Shown piece by piece: positions 1 to 10,473 of a stretch of DNA of 64,000 nt. The stretch spans positions 32,877-96,876 of IMG/VR virus record IMGVR_UViG_3300047163_000032, one strand, 5' to 3'. A program made the translations under genes and the position numbers. Source of the DNA: a virus. Its lineage: Duplodnaviria; Heunggongvirae; Uroviricota; Caudoviricetes. Within the stretch, counting starts at the first letter, position 1, and the number at the start of each line of letters is the position of its first letter. The notes under the pieces were generated by a model. It was not told the origin of the DNA, made no database searches, and saw only the letters and a program-made list of their open reading frames with translations.

Positions 1-16
1 ATAGGAGGAGATTCTA

Positions 17-334
17 GTGGAATCGTTTATCGACGAAATACCAAGCGTTCACTGCCCTCAGTGTAAGTCCTTGCTCCAACAGCTAACCGAATCCAGTAAA
101 TTGTCAAAGCGGCAACGGCAAGCCATGAGGAGCAGCGGGTACGATTGTCAGTCCACCCCGTCTCCTGAATCTTATGGGAAAGCGGCAATGAATCCTTCGT
201 CGGAAGCCGTTAACTTTCCAGAAATCTCGGTTGTAATATTCAACTGTGACAATCACTACTGCGGGGAGTACATGAAGTTCAAGATGGTCAAGCGGGCGCG
301 GAAGACCGTGCCGACTGTCGAGCTTGACGGATGA
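17..334 (+). CDS. hypothetical protein with Cys pairs (CPQC ... CDNHYC), possible zinc ribbon
   Basis: ORF track; CxxC pairs at both ends; no recognisable family. Confidence 0.3.
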   Translation: MESFIDEIPSVHCPQCKSLLQQLTESSKLSKRQRQAMRSSGYDCQSTPSPESYGKAAMNPSSEAVNFPEISVVIFNCDNHYCGEYMKFKMVKRARKTVPTVELDG

Positions 335-657
335 CCTACGGCGTGTACGTCTCAAGGAACAGGGGTCGCGGCCGATTGGTGTTCCGGTCTAAGTGGTTGA
401 GCGAGGCGATCAAGGCCGCGAAGAAGAAAGAGCAGTGGCCGTGGGTCTGGGTGAATGTGATATGAGAATCAAGGTCACTAGTAATTGCGCTACCCTGTTC
501 GACGGCGAAGGGTTATTACGAACCCCGCTCGTCCCTATCGTGGTGGTCGATAGCTTTGACGCACAAAACAGGCAAAAGCGTTCGTTCTTGTATCATCTCC
601 GGCCGGGCGAGTGTGCCCAGTTTAAGTACGGGGAGAATTCAGTAGAGGTCACCATTC

Positions 658-1038
658 ATGAGTAAAGTATGGCAGGGGCTGGCGTACACTTACAGCTGCT
701 TCCCGATCAAGACCCCGCAAGGTCAAGGCATTGTAATTATTGGTGTAGCAGGCGCAATCCGCGATGACAAGCAGTTTACCACTGGGATCGTACTGCCGTT
801 GATTTCCCCGGAAGACTACGACTGGAAAAAGGACGCCAAGGCCCGATTGGACACCTATCTGGAGTGCGAGTGTAACTCGTTCAGCAAGTGTCTGTTTCAC
901 TTCAGCGCGGAACCTGAGTGGCACAAGAATGACCAGATGACCAACAAGATCACGATGGAAATGATTCCAGACGGCATTAGAGGCATACTAGGGCCACCAA
1001 GGGATCAGGACGCACCAAGGATCATTCGACCGCACTAG
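658..1038 (+). CDS. hypothetical protein
   Basis: ORF track, 126 aa, overlaps upstream ORF stop; no motif recognised. Confidence 0.3.
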   Translation: MSKVWQGLAYTYSCFPIKTPQGQGIVIIGVAGAIRDDKQFTTGIVLPLISPEDYDWKKDAKARLDTYLECECNSFSKCLFHFSAEPEWHKNDQMTNKITMEMIPDGIRGILGPPRDQDAPRIIRPH

Positions 1039-1044
1039 GAGGCG

Positions 1045-1452
1045 TTGTGGGGCAGTGTGACGCGGTGTACGCAGAGAGGGAAAGAGCTAATGGGAATTAC
1101 GAAGTGGTGGATGGATTTTACGAATCCGGGATTGACGGTTAAACCAGTCCAACAGTTGGAAATTGTCAAGGCGTACTCCTACCCGTGCAACTGCGGGTAC
1201 AGTCTCATCTACCCTGTCCCGGAGATCGACTGTCCAGCGGTCATCAAGTGCGACAATTGCGGATCCGCGTACTCGATGACGTGGAAGGGCGACCACTTCC
1301 TGAGTCGTCCGGTTCACGAGGATGCGATTCCCGATGGGACTTGGCTGCGGTTTAAGGAAAAGTATGCCGAGCAGTTGAAGCCGAAAACTCCAGAGCAATT
1401 ACGAGAGTTCAGTGTAGGCGACGGCGGTTTTGGGAAACCTCCAGAACTATGA
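1045..1452 (+). CDS. hypothetical Cys-rich protein (CNCG ... CDNCG zinc-ribbon-like)
   Basis: ORF track; two CxxC pairs. Confidence 0.35.
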   Translation: MWGSVTRCTQRGKELMGITKWWMDFTNPGLTVKPVQQLEIVKAYSYPCNCGYSLIYPVPEIDCPAVIKCDNCGSAYSMTWKGDHFLSRPVHEDAIPDGTWLRFKEKYAEQLKPKTPEQLREFSVGDGGFGKPPEL

Positions 1453-1658
1453 CTGAAACACAAAGATCGCCAAGCGAAACGCTGATGGCCGCGCTTGAGA
1501 TAGTGGAAGACGCTCAGGAGTTGATGATCATTCAAGTCCACGCCAGCGGTGATATATCTTGGACTGCTACGTCGGACTCCGCGCATAAGCGACTTGGGAT
1601 GCTGGAGTTTGTCAAGCAGGCTTTAATTAAAAGTTATTTCGGCCCGGAAAGCGAATGA
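1449..1658 (+). CDS. hypothetical small protein
   Basis: ORF track; start overlaps upstream stop (ATGA), typical phage gene packing. Confidence 0.3.
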   Translation: MTETQRSPSETLMAALEIVEDAQELMIIQVHASGDISWTATSDSAHKRLGMLEFVKQALIKSYFGPESE

Positions 1659-2236
1659 TAGATATCCCGAAAGCATTGATCCCTGTTTGGTACTCCCGCG
1701 ACGAAACGCGCAAAGTATGTCGTCCGGTTGAGATGGACGACGTAGATCAGATCGAGCCTCTGGTTTGGAAGATGGTGAGGTATTGCCGAGACAACGATGG
1801 AGTCGGGTTGGCCGCGCCCCAAGTCGGCATATATGTCCGACTTGCGATTTCGTTAGCGATTCCGGGCTTAGTCAAAGTTCTCATTAACCCGTCCATCACC
1901 AGATTTTTAGGCAGGGAAATCAATGCTAGGGAGGGATGTTTGTCGATACCCCCAGCCACTAAAAACCGGGTTACAGTGGTTCGCGCCGAGACGATCCATT
2001 TGGAGTGTGGGACAATGGAAGCGCCGGACTCGAAGGTTGAGTCGGTGCATAGCGGAGACGAGGCAAGGGTCATTTCGCACGAGATCGATCATCTCAACGG
2101 AACGTTTATCATCGACCGCTGCTCATTTTTTGAGAGAAAGACGATGTTTACCAAGTTTTTTCGGGAGACCCGCATTATCCATGCGCGGGTGGATCAGTTT
2201 ATCGAGGATCACAAAATTCTTTCCGGGGTGAAGTAG
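1655..2236 (+). CDS. def: peptide deformylase
   Basis: Contains the three canonical PDF motifs: GVGLAAPQVG (GxGxAAxQ), EGCLS and HEIDHLNG (HExxH metal site); 193 aa. Confidence 0.85.
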   Translation: MIDIPKALIPVWYSRDETRKVCRPVEMDDVDQIEPLVWKMVRYCRDNDGVGLAAPQVGIYVRLAISLAIPGLVKVLINPSITRFLGREINAREGCLSIPPATKNRVTVVRAETIHLECGTMEAPDSKVESVHSGDEARVISHEIDHLNGTFIIDRCSFFERKTMFTKFFRETRIIHARVDQFIEDHKILSGVK

Positions 2237-2746
2237 ATGGCGGTCATTACGGCGAACCAAGCTGGCGGACAAGCAATTGTTGATTTTCTCGATATGGTGG
2301 CCTACTCGGAAGGAACAAGTGCGAGTCCGGTTACTAAAAATTCTGGATACGATGTGATTGTCACAGGAGTTGACGGCCCTTCGGTGTTCACCGACTACTC
2401 GCGGCATCCGTTTGATTTTGTTAGGCCGGGAGTCGTAGTGAGGCGTGATCCGCTGTTGATATCCACCGCTGCGGGAAGATACCAACTGCTTCACCGCTAT
2501 TGGACGGTTTACAGAGTTCAACTGAAGTTGAAAGATTTCAGCCCTATGTCTCAAGACTTGATTGCGATTCAGCAGATGAGGGAGCGCCACGCGGTCGAGA
2601 TGCTGCAAGCCGGAGACATCGCGGGAGCTATCAAAGCCTGCGATCCGATCTGGGCTTCGCTTCCCGGCAACGATTACGGACAGGGCGGACATACGCTGGA
2701 AGACCTTCTCGAAAAGTTCACCTCGTTTCAAACTCAAACCGCATAA
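2237..2746 (+). CDS. endolysin, lambda R-like lytic transglycosylase (GH104)
   Basis: Strong colinear similarity to phage lambda R: FLDM.AYSEGT, GYDVIV, FTDYS.HP, GRYQLL, LKDFSP.SQD, IWASLPG..YGQ segments all present. Confidence 0.85.
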   Translation: MAVITANQAGGQAIVDFLDMVAYSEGTSASPVTKNSGYDVIVTGVDGPSVFTDYSRHPFDFVRPGVVVRRDPLLISTAAGRYQLLHRYWTVYRVQLKLKDFSPMSQDLIAIQQMRERHAVEMLQAGDIAGAIKACDPIWASLPGNDYGQGGHTLEDLLEKFTSFQTQTA

Positions 2747-2761
2747 CCGAAAGGAAACACC

Positions 2762-3277
2762 ATGCCAAGCAAGGTTCCATCCATCAACCCCCTTTGGGCA
2801 CCCGACGCGATCTGCACCACCTGCGGCGAGGTGATGAGGAAATCCACCGACAAGAGTCCCACCGGACGGGTCTCCAAGGTCGTATACACCTGCGAGAACG
2901 AAAAGACCGGATGCTCGTACACCTGCGAGTCCGACGTGAAATTGCAGGGACAATCGAAGCCTTACACGAAGGTGGTCGCGAAAGCGGTGGCGATGTTACT
3001 GTTCGCCGTGTTCAGCATGACGGCGTTGTGTCAGAACTCCGACCCCGAACATCTGTACCCCACCGATGATGAGGCGGTGATTCTCTACAGGATTACACTC
3101 AAGCGACAGCACATCATTGAAGACGCCAACAGCAAGATCGTGGTCATCGACAAGGAACTTAAGGACGCCGCCGACAAAATTATCAAGGATCACGAGCTAG
3201 GCGGAAAGTTCATCTACAACGTGAACACCGGATCATTTGAGAATGTCGCCGACAAGCCGAAGACGGAGAAGAAGTAA
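2762..3277 (+). CDS. membrane protein with N-terminal Cys-rich (zinc-ribbon-like) domain; possible lysis accessory (spanin- or anti-sigma-like topology)
   Basis: ORF track; CTTCG ... YTCENEKTGCSYTCES then one hydrophobic TM stretch VVAKAVAMLLFAVFSMTALC; sits immediately after endolysin. Confidence 0.4.
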   Translation: MPSKVPSINPLWAPDAICTTCGEVMRKSTDKSPTGRVSKVVYTCENEKTGCSYTCESDVKLQGQSKPYTKVVAKAVAMLLFAVFSMTALCQNSDPEHLYPTDDEAVILYRITLKRQHIIEDANSKIVVIDKELKDAADKIIKDHELGGKFIYNVNTGSFENVADKPKTEKK

Positions 3278-3684
3278 TGCAGAGCCTCATTGGCACGGTC
3301 ACCGTTGGCGGGGAGTCTCCGGACACGAAGGAACTCCTTGAGGTCAATCAGAAGATTCTGGAGTCTCTGGAGTCTTCGCGCCAGATTCTTATTGGCATCG
3401 CGGCGGTCTTGGTAGGGGAAGGACGAGCATCTTCCCCGCCTGAATTTCCTTCGACTCCATCCGAGTCAGCATCCAGTCCGACTGTTGGACTGCCGCCCAG
3501 ACCGCCAACTCCTATCTACTCCGAAACTTACGCCAAGGAAGAGGAATCCGATGTGGTCACCCAAACCGACGAGGAACGGGTTAAGATCGACTTGGAACAG
3601 CAGCTTCGCGAGATGGGGATTGAAATCGACGACGACTCTGTACCTTTTCCACTTCCAAGCGAAGCGCTTCACGTAGACTTGTAA
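3277..3684 (+). CDS. hypothetical protein, Pro/Ser-rich linker, acidic C-terminus
   Basis: ORF track. Confidence 0.35.
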   Translation: MQSLIGTVTVGGESPDTKELLEVNQKILESLESSRQILIGIAAVLVGEGRASSPPEFPSTPSESASSPTVGLPPRPPTPIYSETYAKEEESDVVTQTDEERVKIDLEQQLREMGIEIDDDSVPFPLPSEALHVDL

Positions 3685-3687
3685 CCT

Positions 3688-4284
3688 ATGGCGTCAAACA
3701 TTCAACCCCGCAAAGAAAGCCCGATAGCGATTGCCGAGGCACGTCACTACCTTCGGTTTATCCGCTCCGAGCGCGGGGACAGCCTTGAGGACATTGCCAA
3801 AGAGGACGGCATCTCGGTCGCAATGGTCGAGAAATCCATACGCAAGGTTCAAATCCAGAAAGCCATATTTACCTCCGAAAACACCCAAGATACGATACGC
3901 AGGATGCTGGTTGAGAATTCCGGCAAGGCTTCAAAGGCGTTAGGGACGGCTTTGACCGCGAAAAAGTATGTCCGCAAGCAGGACAAGGAAGGCAAGACCA
4001 AGTACGTCCCTGTGGACGACATCGAAGTTCAGATGGAGGGTCTGAAGGCTTTCAAGGGTATTGCGGAGGTGGTGCAGCCAAAGGCCGGGGGGAGCGTAGT
4101 CAACGTCAAGCAGGTCAACCAGACGGCTGCGGTGACCAATATCCGGGGCAACGGATACGAGGAAAGAATGGATGAAATCCGAAGAAAAGCTGCGGATTTC
4201 AATAAACTGCCTCCAACGATTATTGCAAGCGTAACCGAAGAATCGGAGGATAACGACGAAGAATACGAAGGCGACGACGAGTAG
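3688..4284 (+). CDS. putative DNA-binding protein, candidate terminase small subunit
   Basis: N-terminal HTH-like segment (LEDIAKEDGISVAMVEKSIRK), acidic tail, lies two genes upstream of large terminase. Confidence 0.4.
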   Translation: MASNIQPRKESPIAIAEARHYLRFIRSERGDSLEDIAKEDGISVAMVEKSIRKVQIQKAIFTSENTQDTIRRMLVENSGKASKALGTALTAKKYVRKQDKEGKTKYVPVDDIEVQMEGLKAFKGIAEVVQPKAGGSVVNVKQVNQTAAVTNIRGNGYEERMDEIRRKAADFNKLPPTIIASVTEESEDNDEEYEGDDE

Positions 4285-4700
4285 TGGCGCTCAATCTGTC
4301 AAAAAGTGAAATGATCCGCATCAAAAAGATGAAGCCAACGATGCGTGAACTTCGGCTCGTAGACCTTCTTCGCGACTACAAGGTAATCCGGAATGCGTAT
4401 TTCGGCAATTCGATTCCGCCAGTTGACCGCATTAGCATTGCTCTACTCCCCTGCAAGTGCAAACAATTAGACGACACTCTGGAGGACTGCATGGGTTACG
4501 TGCAAATTACCGGGATGCCGATTTACCTCATCACCATAGGTGAAACGTTAGATGTCACTCAAACTCGGTTTACATTGATCCACGAAATGGCTCACCTAAA
4601 AGTGGATCTCAAGCACAACCGATCCATGCATCACGGGAAATATTGGCAAACTGAAATGAAAAGGTTAGCCAATATCGGAGCATTCGAACACTGGTGGTAG
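4284..4700 (+). CDS. putative HExxH zinc metallopeptidase (SprT/WLM-like)
   Basis: LIHEMAHL motif followed by conserved H/Y-rich segment (HHGKYW). Confidence 0.45.
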   Translation: MALNLSKSEMIRIKKMKPTMRELRLVDLLRDYKVIRNAYFGNSIPPVDRISIALLPCKCKQLDDTLEDCMGYVQITGMPIYLITIGETLDVTQTRFTLIHEMAHLKVDLKHNRSMHHGKYWQTEMKRLANIGAFEHWW

Positions 4701-4703
4701 CTT

Positions 4704-6839
4704 ATGCAGATTCAACGCGCGAACCCTTACTTGCAGGACATCATTGACGACCTTGACGACCACTACGCTCAATGCGGAAGCAATGTTGACAAAGCGTGGG
4801 ACAAACTTTCCAAGGCCAACAGTGAGTGGGTTAACGAAGAACTTTTGAAGGTCTACACCGACCCCAGATATTATCTGGAGAACTATCACGCCATTAAAAC
4901 CGAAGATCGAGGGATTACTACCCTTAGTCCGTTTTGGGAATCTCAGGACATTTTCTATGAAGAATTCAATCGTCTCCGGTTGAAAGGCGGCAAGGTTAAA
5001 ATAATTACATGTAAGGGCAGACAGTTGGGACTCTCTACGGAGTCGGATGGGCTGGTTTTTTGGAAGATCATCACTACCAAAGCGGCTAACGGTGCCATCA
5101 TCGCACAAGACGGAAGCCAGTCATCCTACCTGTTCGACATGGCGAGAAATGCGTATGATTTGTTGCCTTGGTTTATGAAACCGGAGAAACGCTACGAGCA
5201 GGCCGGTGCCCTCATGGCGTTCGACAGAATAGATGAAAATCTGAGGCAATTGAGACCCGGCCTAAAGTCGAACATCTACGTGGAAAACGCCGCAAAGTAT
5301 TCCGGTGCCCTGAGAGGAAAAAGCATAAGAGCCATCCATATCTCGGAAGTTTCGGCGTGGCAGGATACTACCCAACTTACCGAATCGGTATTCCCCACTC
5401 TTAACGCCGAGGACACCATTGCTATTATCGAATCCACGGCTCGAGGTCGAAGCGGGTTTTTCTATGAACACTGGAACAAAAGCGTGGAAGGTGAAACCGA
5501 CTGGCATCCTGTGTTTATTGAATTTTTCCGAGAACACAGAAAGTACTTCCTTCCAATTGCCAAAGACGAACAGTTTGAATTGACTGAAGAGGAACTGGAA
5601 ACTCGAGAGCGCATCGAAAAAACGACCAACTACCACATCAAAGACGAAACGTTTAAGTGGGTTCGCATGAAGAAGAAGGAATTTATTTCTTCCCATGGCG
5701 ACGATACGATGCTGTACCAAGAGTATCCGATGACGGCTGAAGAAAGTTTTCAGGCCAGCGGATCATGCGCGTTCGACCGCAAGAAGTTGTATCGGATGTT
5801 GAAGCACGCTGACAATCCCGGTTTTGTTGGAGAGATTGGATTCAACCGGGACACGAAGAAACCGATACTTTCCATGAAGACAATTCAGCCAAACAATCAT
5901 GTGGTCTCCCCTAAATGGAGTGACAGGCTGTTTGTATGGGAAAGACCCGAACAGTCAAGGTCGTATTACGTTGCCGCCGACGTGAGTCAAGGAAATGAGG
6001 GTGGAGACTTCTCATGTGTACAGGTTCTCAAGCTGGGCAGAGTGTCGGAGCCGGACGAGCAGGTTGCGGAGTGGCGCGGATGGATCAACGCCTATGACCT
6101 TGCCGACGTGGTTGCGGGGTTGGCGTACTGGTACAACCAGCCGGAAGTCTGCATCGAGGTAACCGGGGTGGGAATCGTCACCAACGGGGAATTGCAGAGG
6201 ATCATCGAGTACGAGGAAATCTATCGGTGGAAGCATATCGATAAGGTCAAGGGGGTGATGACCGACTACACCGGGTTTGTCACCAACGACAAAAGCCGGA
6301 AAGCTATTATCGCAAAACTGGCAAGGTCGGTTATTCAAGACACCCTTATTATCCGCAGCCGATGGCTATTGAACGAAATGATCGACTTTGCCCAAGACTA
6401 TGAAGGCGGAAAATTTGAGGCTCAGGAGGGCAACGATGATCGGGTAATGGCTATAGCGATCTGTCATTACTGCTCTCACGAGTCGGACTACGGCAGGGAT
6501 GCCATGTCACAACCGATGTCGGGAAACGTGAACAACGGAAAAGACACCTACTATGTGATGGACAAATTCAACCGCCAGATTCTTGCAACCCAAAACCGTG
6601 AAGAGGCGCTGAAACTTCAGAAACAAAGGCTCGGTTCCTCTATTATTAGACAGTTGTCAGACAGGGACTACCAGAATACCGCGTACAGTCCGGTTCACCA
6701 TAAAGAAGGGGTTGAGTCCCGAATGCACTACGATTCGGGGATCGACGCTGAAAAGATTACGCACGAATCCAAGGCTGAGTATGTGGCATTGGAAGAGGAA
6801 CCGGATGAAACAGACCCGGATGCCTGGATGTATTTTTGA
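4704..6839 (+). CDS. terminase large subunit
   Basis: 711 aa; Walker-A-like GRQLGLST (RQLGKT-type motif of T4-like TerL ATPase); size and position ahead of portal. Confidence 0.8.
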   Translation: MQIQRANPYLQDIIDDLDDHYAQCGSNVDKAWDKLSKANSEWVNEELLKVYTDPRYYLENYHAIKTEDRGITTLSPFWESQDIFYEEFNRLRLKGGKVKIITCKGRQLGLSTESDGLVFWKIITTKAANGAIIAQDGSQSSYLFDMARNAYDLLPWFMKPEKRYEQAGALMAFDRIDENLRQLRPGLKSNIYVENAAKYSGALRGKSIRAIHISEVSAWQDTTQLTESVFPTLNAEDTIAIIESTARGRSGFFYEHWNKSVEGETDWHPVFIEFFREHRKYFLPIAKDEQFELTEEELETRERIEKTTNYHIKDETFKWVRMKKKEFISSHGDDTMLYQEYPMTAEESFQASGSCAFDRKKLYRMLKHADNPGFVGEIGFNRDTKKPILSMKTIQPNNHVVSPKWSDRLFVWERPEQSRSYYVAADVSQGNEGGDFSCVQVLKLGRVSEPDEQVAEWRGWINAYDLADVVAGLAYWYNQPEVCIEVTGVGIVTNGELQRIIEYEEIYRWKHIDKVKGVMTDYTGFVTNDKSRKAIIAKLARSVIQDTLIIRSRWLLNEMIDFAQDYEGGKFEAQEGNDDRVMAIAICHYCSHESDYGRDAMSQPMSGNVNNGKDTYYVMDKFNRQILATQNREEALKLQKQRLGSSIIRQLSDRDYQNTAYSPVHHKEGVESRMHYDSGIDAEKITHESKAEYVALEEEPDETDPDAWMYF

Positions 6840-6863
6840 AGCAAGGAAAAGTGGGAGGAAACA

Positions 6864-7487
6864 ATGGCTAAAAGAGCTTGGATGTATTGCCCGATTTGCG
6901 ATATGGAGAAGGTGGATTCCCAGCTTCTCTCCGAGCCGATGAAGATATTCTGCGAGCGCAACCCGGTTGTGCATACGTGGAACGACATATCAAAGCTGAT
7001 GGCTCTCAACTACCGGTTGATGAAGAAACCGAAGGAGGCCGACAAGATTCAACCGAGCTACACCAAGTTGGAATTGATGGTTCCGGAAAGCCTCAAGAAA
7101 GATTTGGAGGCGAAGTTTCCTGAGAACCTTTCGGCCAGCGTTCGTTCGGTGTTGCAGGCTTGCGCACAACCGATGATGATGATTCTCTCCACCTTTGACA
7201 TCAAGAAGGTGCATGATATGACCGGACAGTTGCCGAAAACATCGGGTCAATTGTGCGGGATAATCTTCGCGTTCAAGGAAGAAGTCAAGGAAATGAAGAA
7301 CGAAATCGTCGGACTGAAGAAGCGGTTGACGATCCAGATGCGAGGCAACGAGGCAGGGGTGATTGTTGATTTGGGAGAGATGCTCCCGAAAGCGGTAGCC
7401 AAAGCGGATGCGGCTGGGGTATCTTTGGAACAACTGTTGAGCAACCATCTGCAAACCGCTCTCGGAAACGACTGGCTCGAAGGGTAA
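6864..7487 (+). CDS. hypothetical protein (CPICD motif)
   Basis: ORF track, between terminase and portal. Confidence 0.4.
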   Translation: MAKRAWMYCPICDMEKVDSQLLSEPMKIFCERNPVVHTWNDISKLMALNYRLMKKPKEADKIQPSYTKLELMVPESLKKDLEAKFPENLSASVRSVLQACAQPMMMILSTFDIKKVHDMTGQLPKTSGQLCGIIFAFKEEVKEMKNEIVGLKKRLTIQMRGNEAGVIVDLGEMLPKAVAKADAAGVSLEQLLSNHLQTALGNDWLEG

Positions 7488-7493
7488 GACAAC

Positions 7494-9329
7494 GTGGGAG
7501 ATTTCTTTCCGGCAATGGTCGCGGTTGGCGGCGATGAGAATTCGCCAGCCGGGTTGCCGAACAGCCCTTACAACCAGCAAATTCGCTATTGGACAAGGGC
7601 GGCCTATGAAGAGGGTCGCAAGTACACCGAGGAGACTTCCGAGGTGCGCGGGATGGACGACGCTCTCGACTATCTTGCCGGACTCCAGTGGAAGGGGCCG
7701 CAACCCGCCCACCGCGCCAAACCTGTATCTAATCGCGTCCTATCGCTCTTCTGGGAGACGATTGGGTTGTTGACGGACATCCGCCCCGTTTGGGAGGTGA
7801 GGGCCGCTCAGACGGGCGTGGAAACCGAAACCCAGAGCTACTCTAAAGCGCAGGACATCCTCAACCGGCTGACGAAGGCATGGGCGCTTAAGAACGACTT
7901 TGATTTGAAGATGGCGTTCTGGATCATGTTCTCCATGATGGGAACAGGGTACGCCAAAGTGTGGTGGGACCCCTACGCCAACGGCAACGATCCAAAGACG
8001 GACGGGGACATCGCAATGGACATCATCCCAATCAACGGGGTGTTTTGTCTCGGCGGCTATGGAGACTTGCAGAAGTCGGAGTGCGTGATCTACCGCAAGG
8101 TCAGGACTCTGGCTTGGATCAAGAGGTATTACCCTTTGACGGGCCATGCGGTTAGACCGGACGTATCGGCATCAAAATACGAGTTGAACGTCTCTTCCCC
8201 CCCGCATATTTCTCCGCAACTGTTTATGAGTTTGAGTCCCGGCATGAAGCGAAAACTTGGTCAGGGCAAGGAGTTGATGGAGTCGGTTTATCCGGAAGCC
8301 GAGGTTCGGGAATTCTGGATGAAAGACGATGCGGTGAACGAGTCCCGCAAGCCGATGCTGATGGGCCGCCAAGGCACGAATTGGTGCTACATGGTTCAAC
8401 CGGGAGAGCCGTTGTATCCAAGAGGCCGTGTCATTGTTACGGCAAACGAAGTGATCCTTGACGACCAGCCGAACCCGAATTGGGACAGGCGAGTTCCGAT
8501 TTCCAAGCTGAGGATTCAAGCTGTGCCGTGGCAGGAAAATGGTTTCAGCTTTCTCAAACCGCTTCAGCAAAATCAAGACATTCTGAATCAGATTCTTGGC
8601 GGTTTGCTCAACATGGTAAAGAAGGCGTTGAGTCCGCAGTTGATGGCTCCGAAGAACGCTTTTTCTGCGGATGCGTGGAAAAACATCGACACCAGCAGAC
8701 CGAACGAAAAGCTATTGTTTTCGGCCAACACCCCGCACATGCCGAAGTACTCCGACCCTCCTAACGTTCCGTCTTATGTGCTTCAGCTTGAGGGGATCAT
8801 CGAGCGCGAGATGAATCGGTTTTCAGGTGTTTCCGCCATCGACTCAGCGATGCAGAAGAAGCAGGTGCCAAGCGGAGATTCGCTGGAGCAAATCGCCAAT
8901 GCGAAGAACACCCCGATACGCTTGATGAGCCGCAACATCGAGGGCGCGGTTGGGGATGTGGGTCAGATGTTCGTATCCCGCGCATTGCAGTTCTATACGG
9001 CGGAAAAGCGTATGGAGATGCTGGGGACGTATGGGTTGATGCCGCAGGACTACGACACCAAGCCGGGTACGCTTGTGCCGGACACCATGAGCCCTGAATC
9101 CTACGTCAAGAAATTCCATTTCAATATCGAGCGCGGATCTCTGTTGAAAGTGCAGCATATGGAACGCGTCACCTACGCCTTCAAGATGCGGCAGATGATG
9201 CTTATATCAAGGAAGCAATTTTTCAAGATGATTGACCTCAATATCAACGAGACCGAAAATACGGAAGAGTTGATTGCCGAAGCCAAGACGCTTCAGGCTC
9301 TCGCGCCACCTCCAAAGGGGAAGAAGTAA
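7494..9329 (+). CDS. putative portal protein
   Basis: 611 aa ORF immediately downstream of terminase large subunit, GTG start; call rests on size and synteny. Confidence 0.6.
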   Translation: MGDFFPAMVAVGGDENSPAGLPNSPYNQQIRYWTRAAYEEGRKYTEETSEVRGMDDALDYLAGLQWKGPQPAHRAKPVSNRVLSLFWETIGLLTDIRPVWEVRAAQTGVETETQSYSKAQDILNRLTKAWALKNDFDLKMAFWIMFSMMGTGYAKVWWDPYANGNDPKTDGDIAMDIIPINGVFCLGGYGDLQKSECVIYRKVRTLAWIKRYYPLTGHAVRPDVSASKYELNVSSPPHISPQLFMSLSPGMKRKLGQGKELMESVYPEAEVREFWMKDDAVNESRKPMLMGRQGTNWCYMVQPGEPLYPRGRVIVTANEVILDDQPNPNWDRRVPISKLRIQAVPWQENGFSFLKPLQQNQDILNQILGGLLNMVKKALSPQLMAPKNAFSADAWKNIDTSRPNEKLLFSANTPHMPKYSDPPNVPSYVLQLEGIIEREMNRFSGVSAIDSAMQKKQVPSGDSLEQIANAKNTPIRLMSRNIEGAVGDVGQMFVSRALQFYTAEKRMEMLGTYGLMPQDYDTKPGTLVPDTMSPESYVKKFHFNIERGSLLKVQHMERVTYAFKMRQMMLISRKQFFKMIDLNINETENTEELIAEAKTLQALAPPPKGKK

Positions 9330-9611
9330 ATGGCTACTGGTTCACATTCCGACTACCTGACCCAAAAATTGCTAGAGTCTGAGGCGAAGATCATCAATAC
9401 TTTGCGGTCTCTGTGTGAAGGCGGCGAAAGCGGAAAAATCGAAATCAACATTGTTAGTGGAGGGGTGGCAGGGATATTCGCCACCATAACGAAGCGGGTG
9501 AAATAAATTTTACGATTTTTGTTGACAGATTTTTTTTAATCAACGAGTATGCATTCAGCAGCAAGGAAACGGGAAGCCGATAAGGTCACTCCCGTCAGGC
9601 TCGCACCCTTT

Positions 9612-9650
9612 ACGGGGTTGCGGGCTTTTTTGTTTGCTCCGGTGCAAATC
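9612..9650 (+). terminator. candidate rho-independent terminator
   Basis: GC stem (cgcaccc/gggttgcg) followed by ggcttttttgtttg. Confidence 0.4.
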
Positions 9651-9889
9651 GGTGATTCTTTCAGGGGTGGATGGCCCCGAGCACGCAGGATAAAGTCTTG
9701 CGCTACTCAGAAAAAACCAATGGCCTACAGGCCGGAAAGGATATCGACTATGTTCACGAGCGAGAAGTTCGTTGCCAACCGTGGCAAAAAGCGCGGCAAG
9801 AAGCGTCATGGTGGTCGTAAGTAGGCCGCTCCAAAACAATCGGGGCGGATGAAAGTTCGCCCCAATCACCTCCAATCGGGAGAAAAAAC

Positions 9890-10090
9890 ATGGGTTCGAC
9901 AAAACTCAAAGAGCAGCCTGGATACATGGGTCACGGTGATCCTTCGATGCCGCCTAGTATCCGCAAGGGAACCTTCGCCGCAATCGGCACATTTGTGGAT
10001 TCCGGAAATCTGGGTAAGATTTACCCCAAGGGTATCAGCCCCAACGTGAAGCAGGGAACGCCATCGGGTGAAGGCGAGGTCACTGGTTAA
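9890..10090 (+). CDS. hypothetical small protein
   Basis: ORF track; GGAGA RBS upstream. Confidence 0.3.
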   Translation: MGSTKLKEQPGYMGHGDPSMPPSIRKGTFAAIGTFVDSGNLGKIYPKGISPNVKQGTPSGEGEVTG

Positions 10091-10092
10091 TT

Positions 10093-10410
10093 ATGCCCCC
10101 TATGCAGGCGATGGAAAGACCGCCGCAGCCGCCCGGTGTTCAGGCGCAGCAGGGTGGGGAGTTCGCCGGAGCCGGGGCCAACATGGCAGACAAGGCCGGG
10201 GCCGGGAATCCGTTGACGGCTGGCATTCAAGCCGTTGAAAAAGTTTTGATGAACATGGCGAAAGCATCGCCCAAGCTCGGTCCTTACGTGGAAAGAGCAA
10301 TGGCGATATTGAAAGCCGGAGTTGAAGAAGCAGCAGGGAAGCAGGGCGGAAGTCCGGAACCGCAGGGTGGTCCGCCGTCGGGGCCACCGGCAGGACAGAT
10401 GCCAGCGTAG
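10093..10410 (+). CDS. hypothetical Gly/Ala/Pro-rich protein
   Basis: ORF track. Confidence 0.35.
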   Translation: MPPMQAMERPPQPPGVQAQQGGEFAGAGANMADKAGAGNPLTAGIQAVEKVLMNMAKASPKLGPYVERAMAILKAGVEEAAGKQGGSPEPQGGPPSGPPAGQMPA

Positions 10411-10473
10411 TAGAAACGTAAATCCGCAGCTTCACGCAGCCCGTAAGGGAAGTGAGGAAGGATAAGGAGAGCA

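Noticed and set aside
2123-2953. 276-aa minus-strand ORF
   Set aside because: It is antisense to the well-supported peptide deformylase and lambda-R endolysin genes, has Arg/Gly-rich low-complexity translation typical of GC-rich antisense frames, and shows no RBS context.
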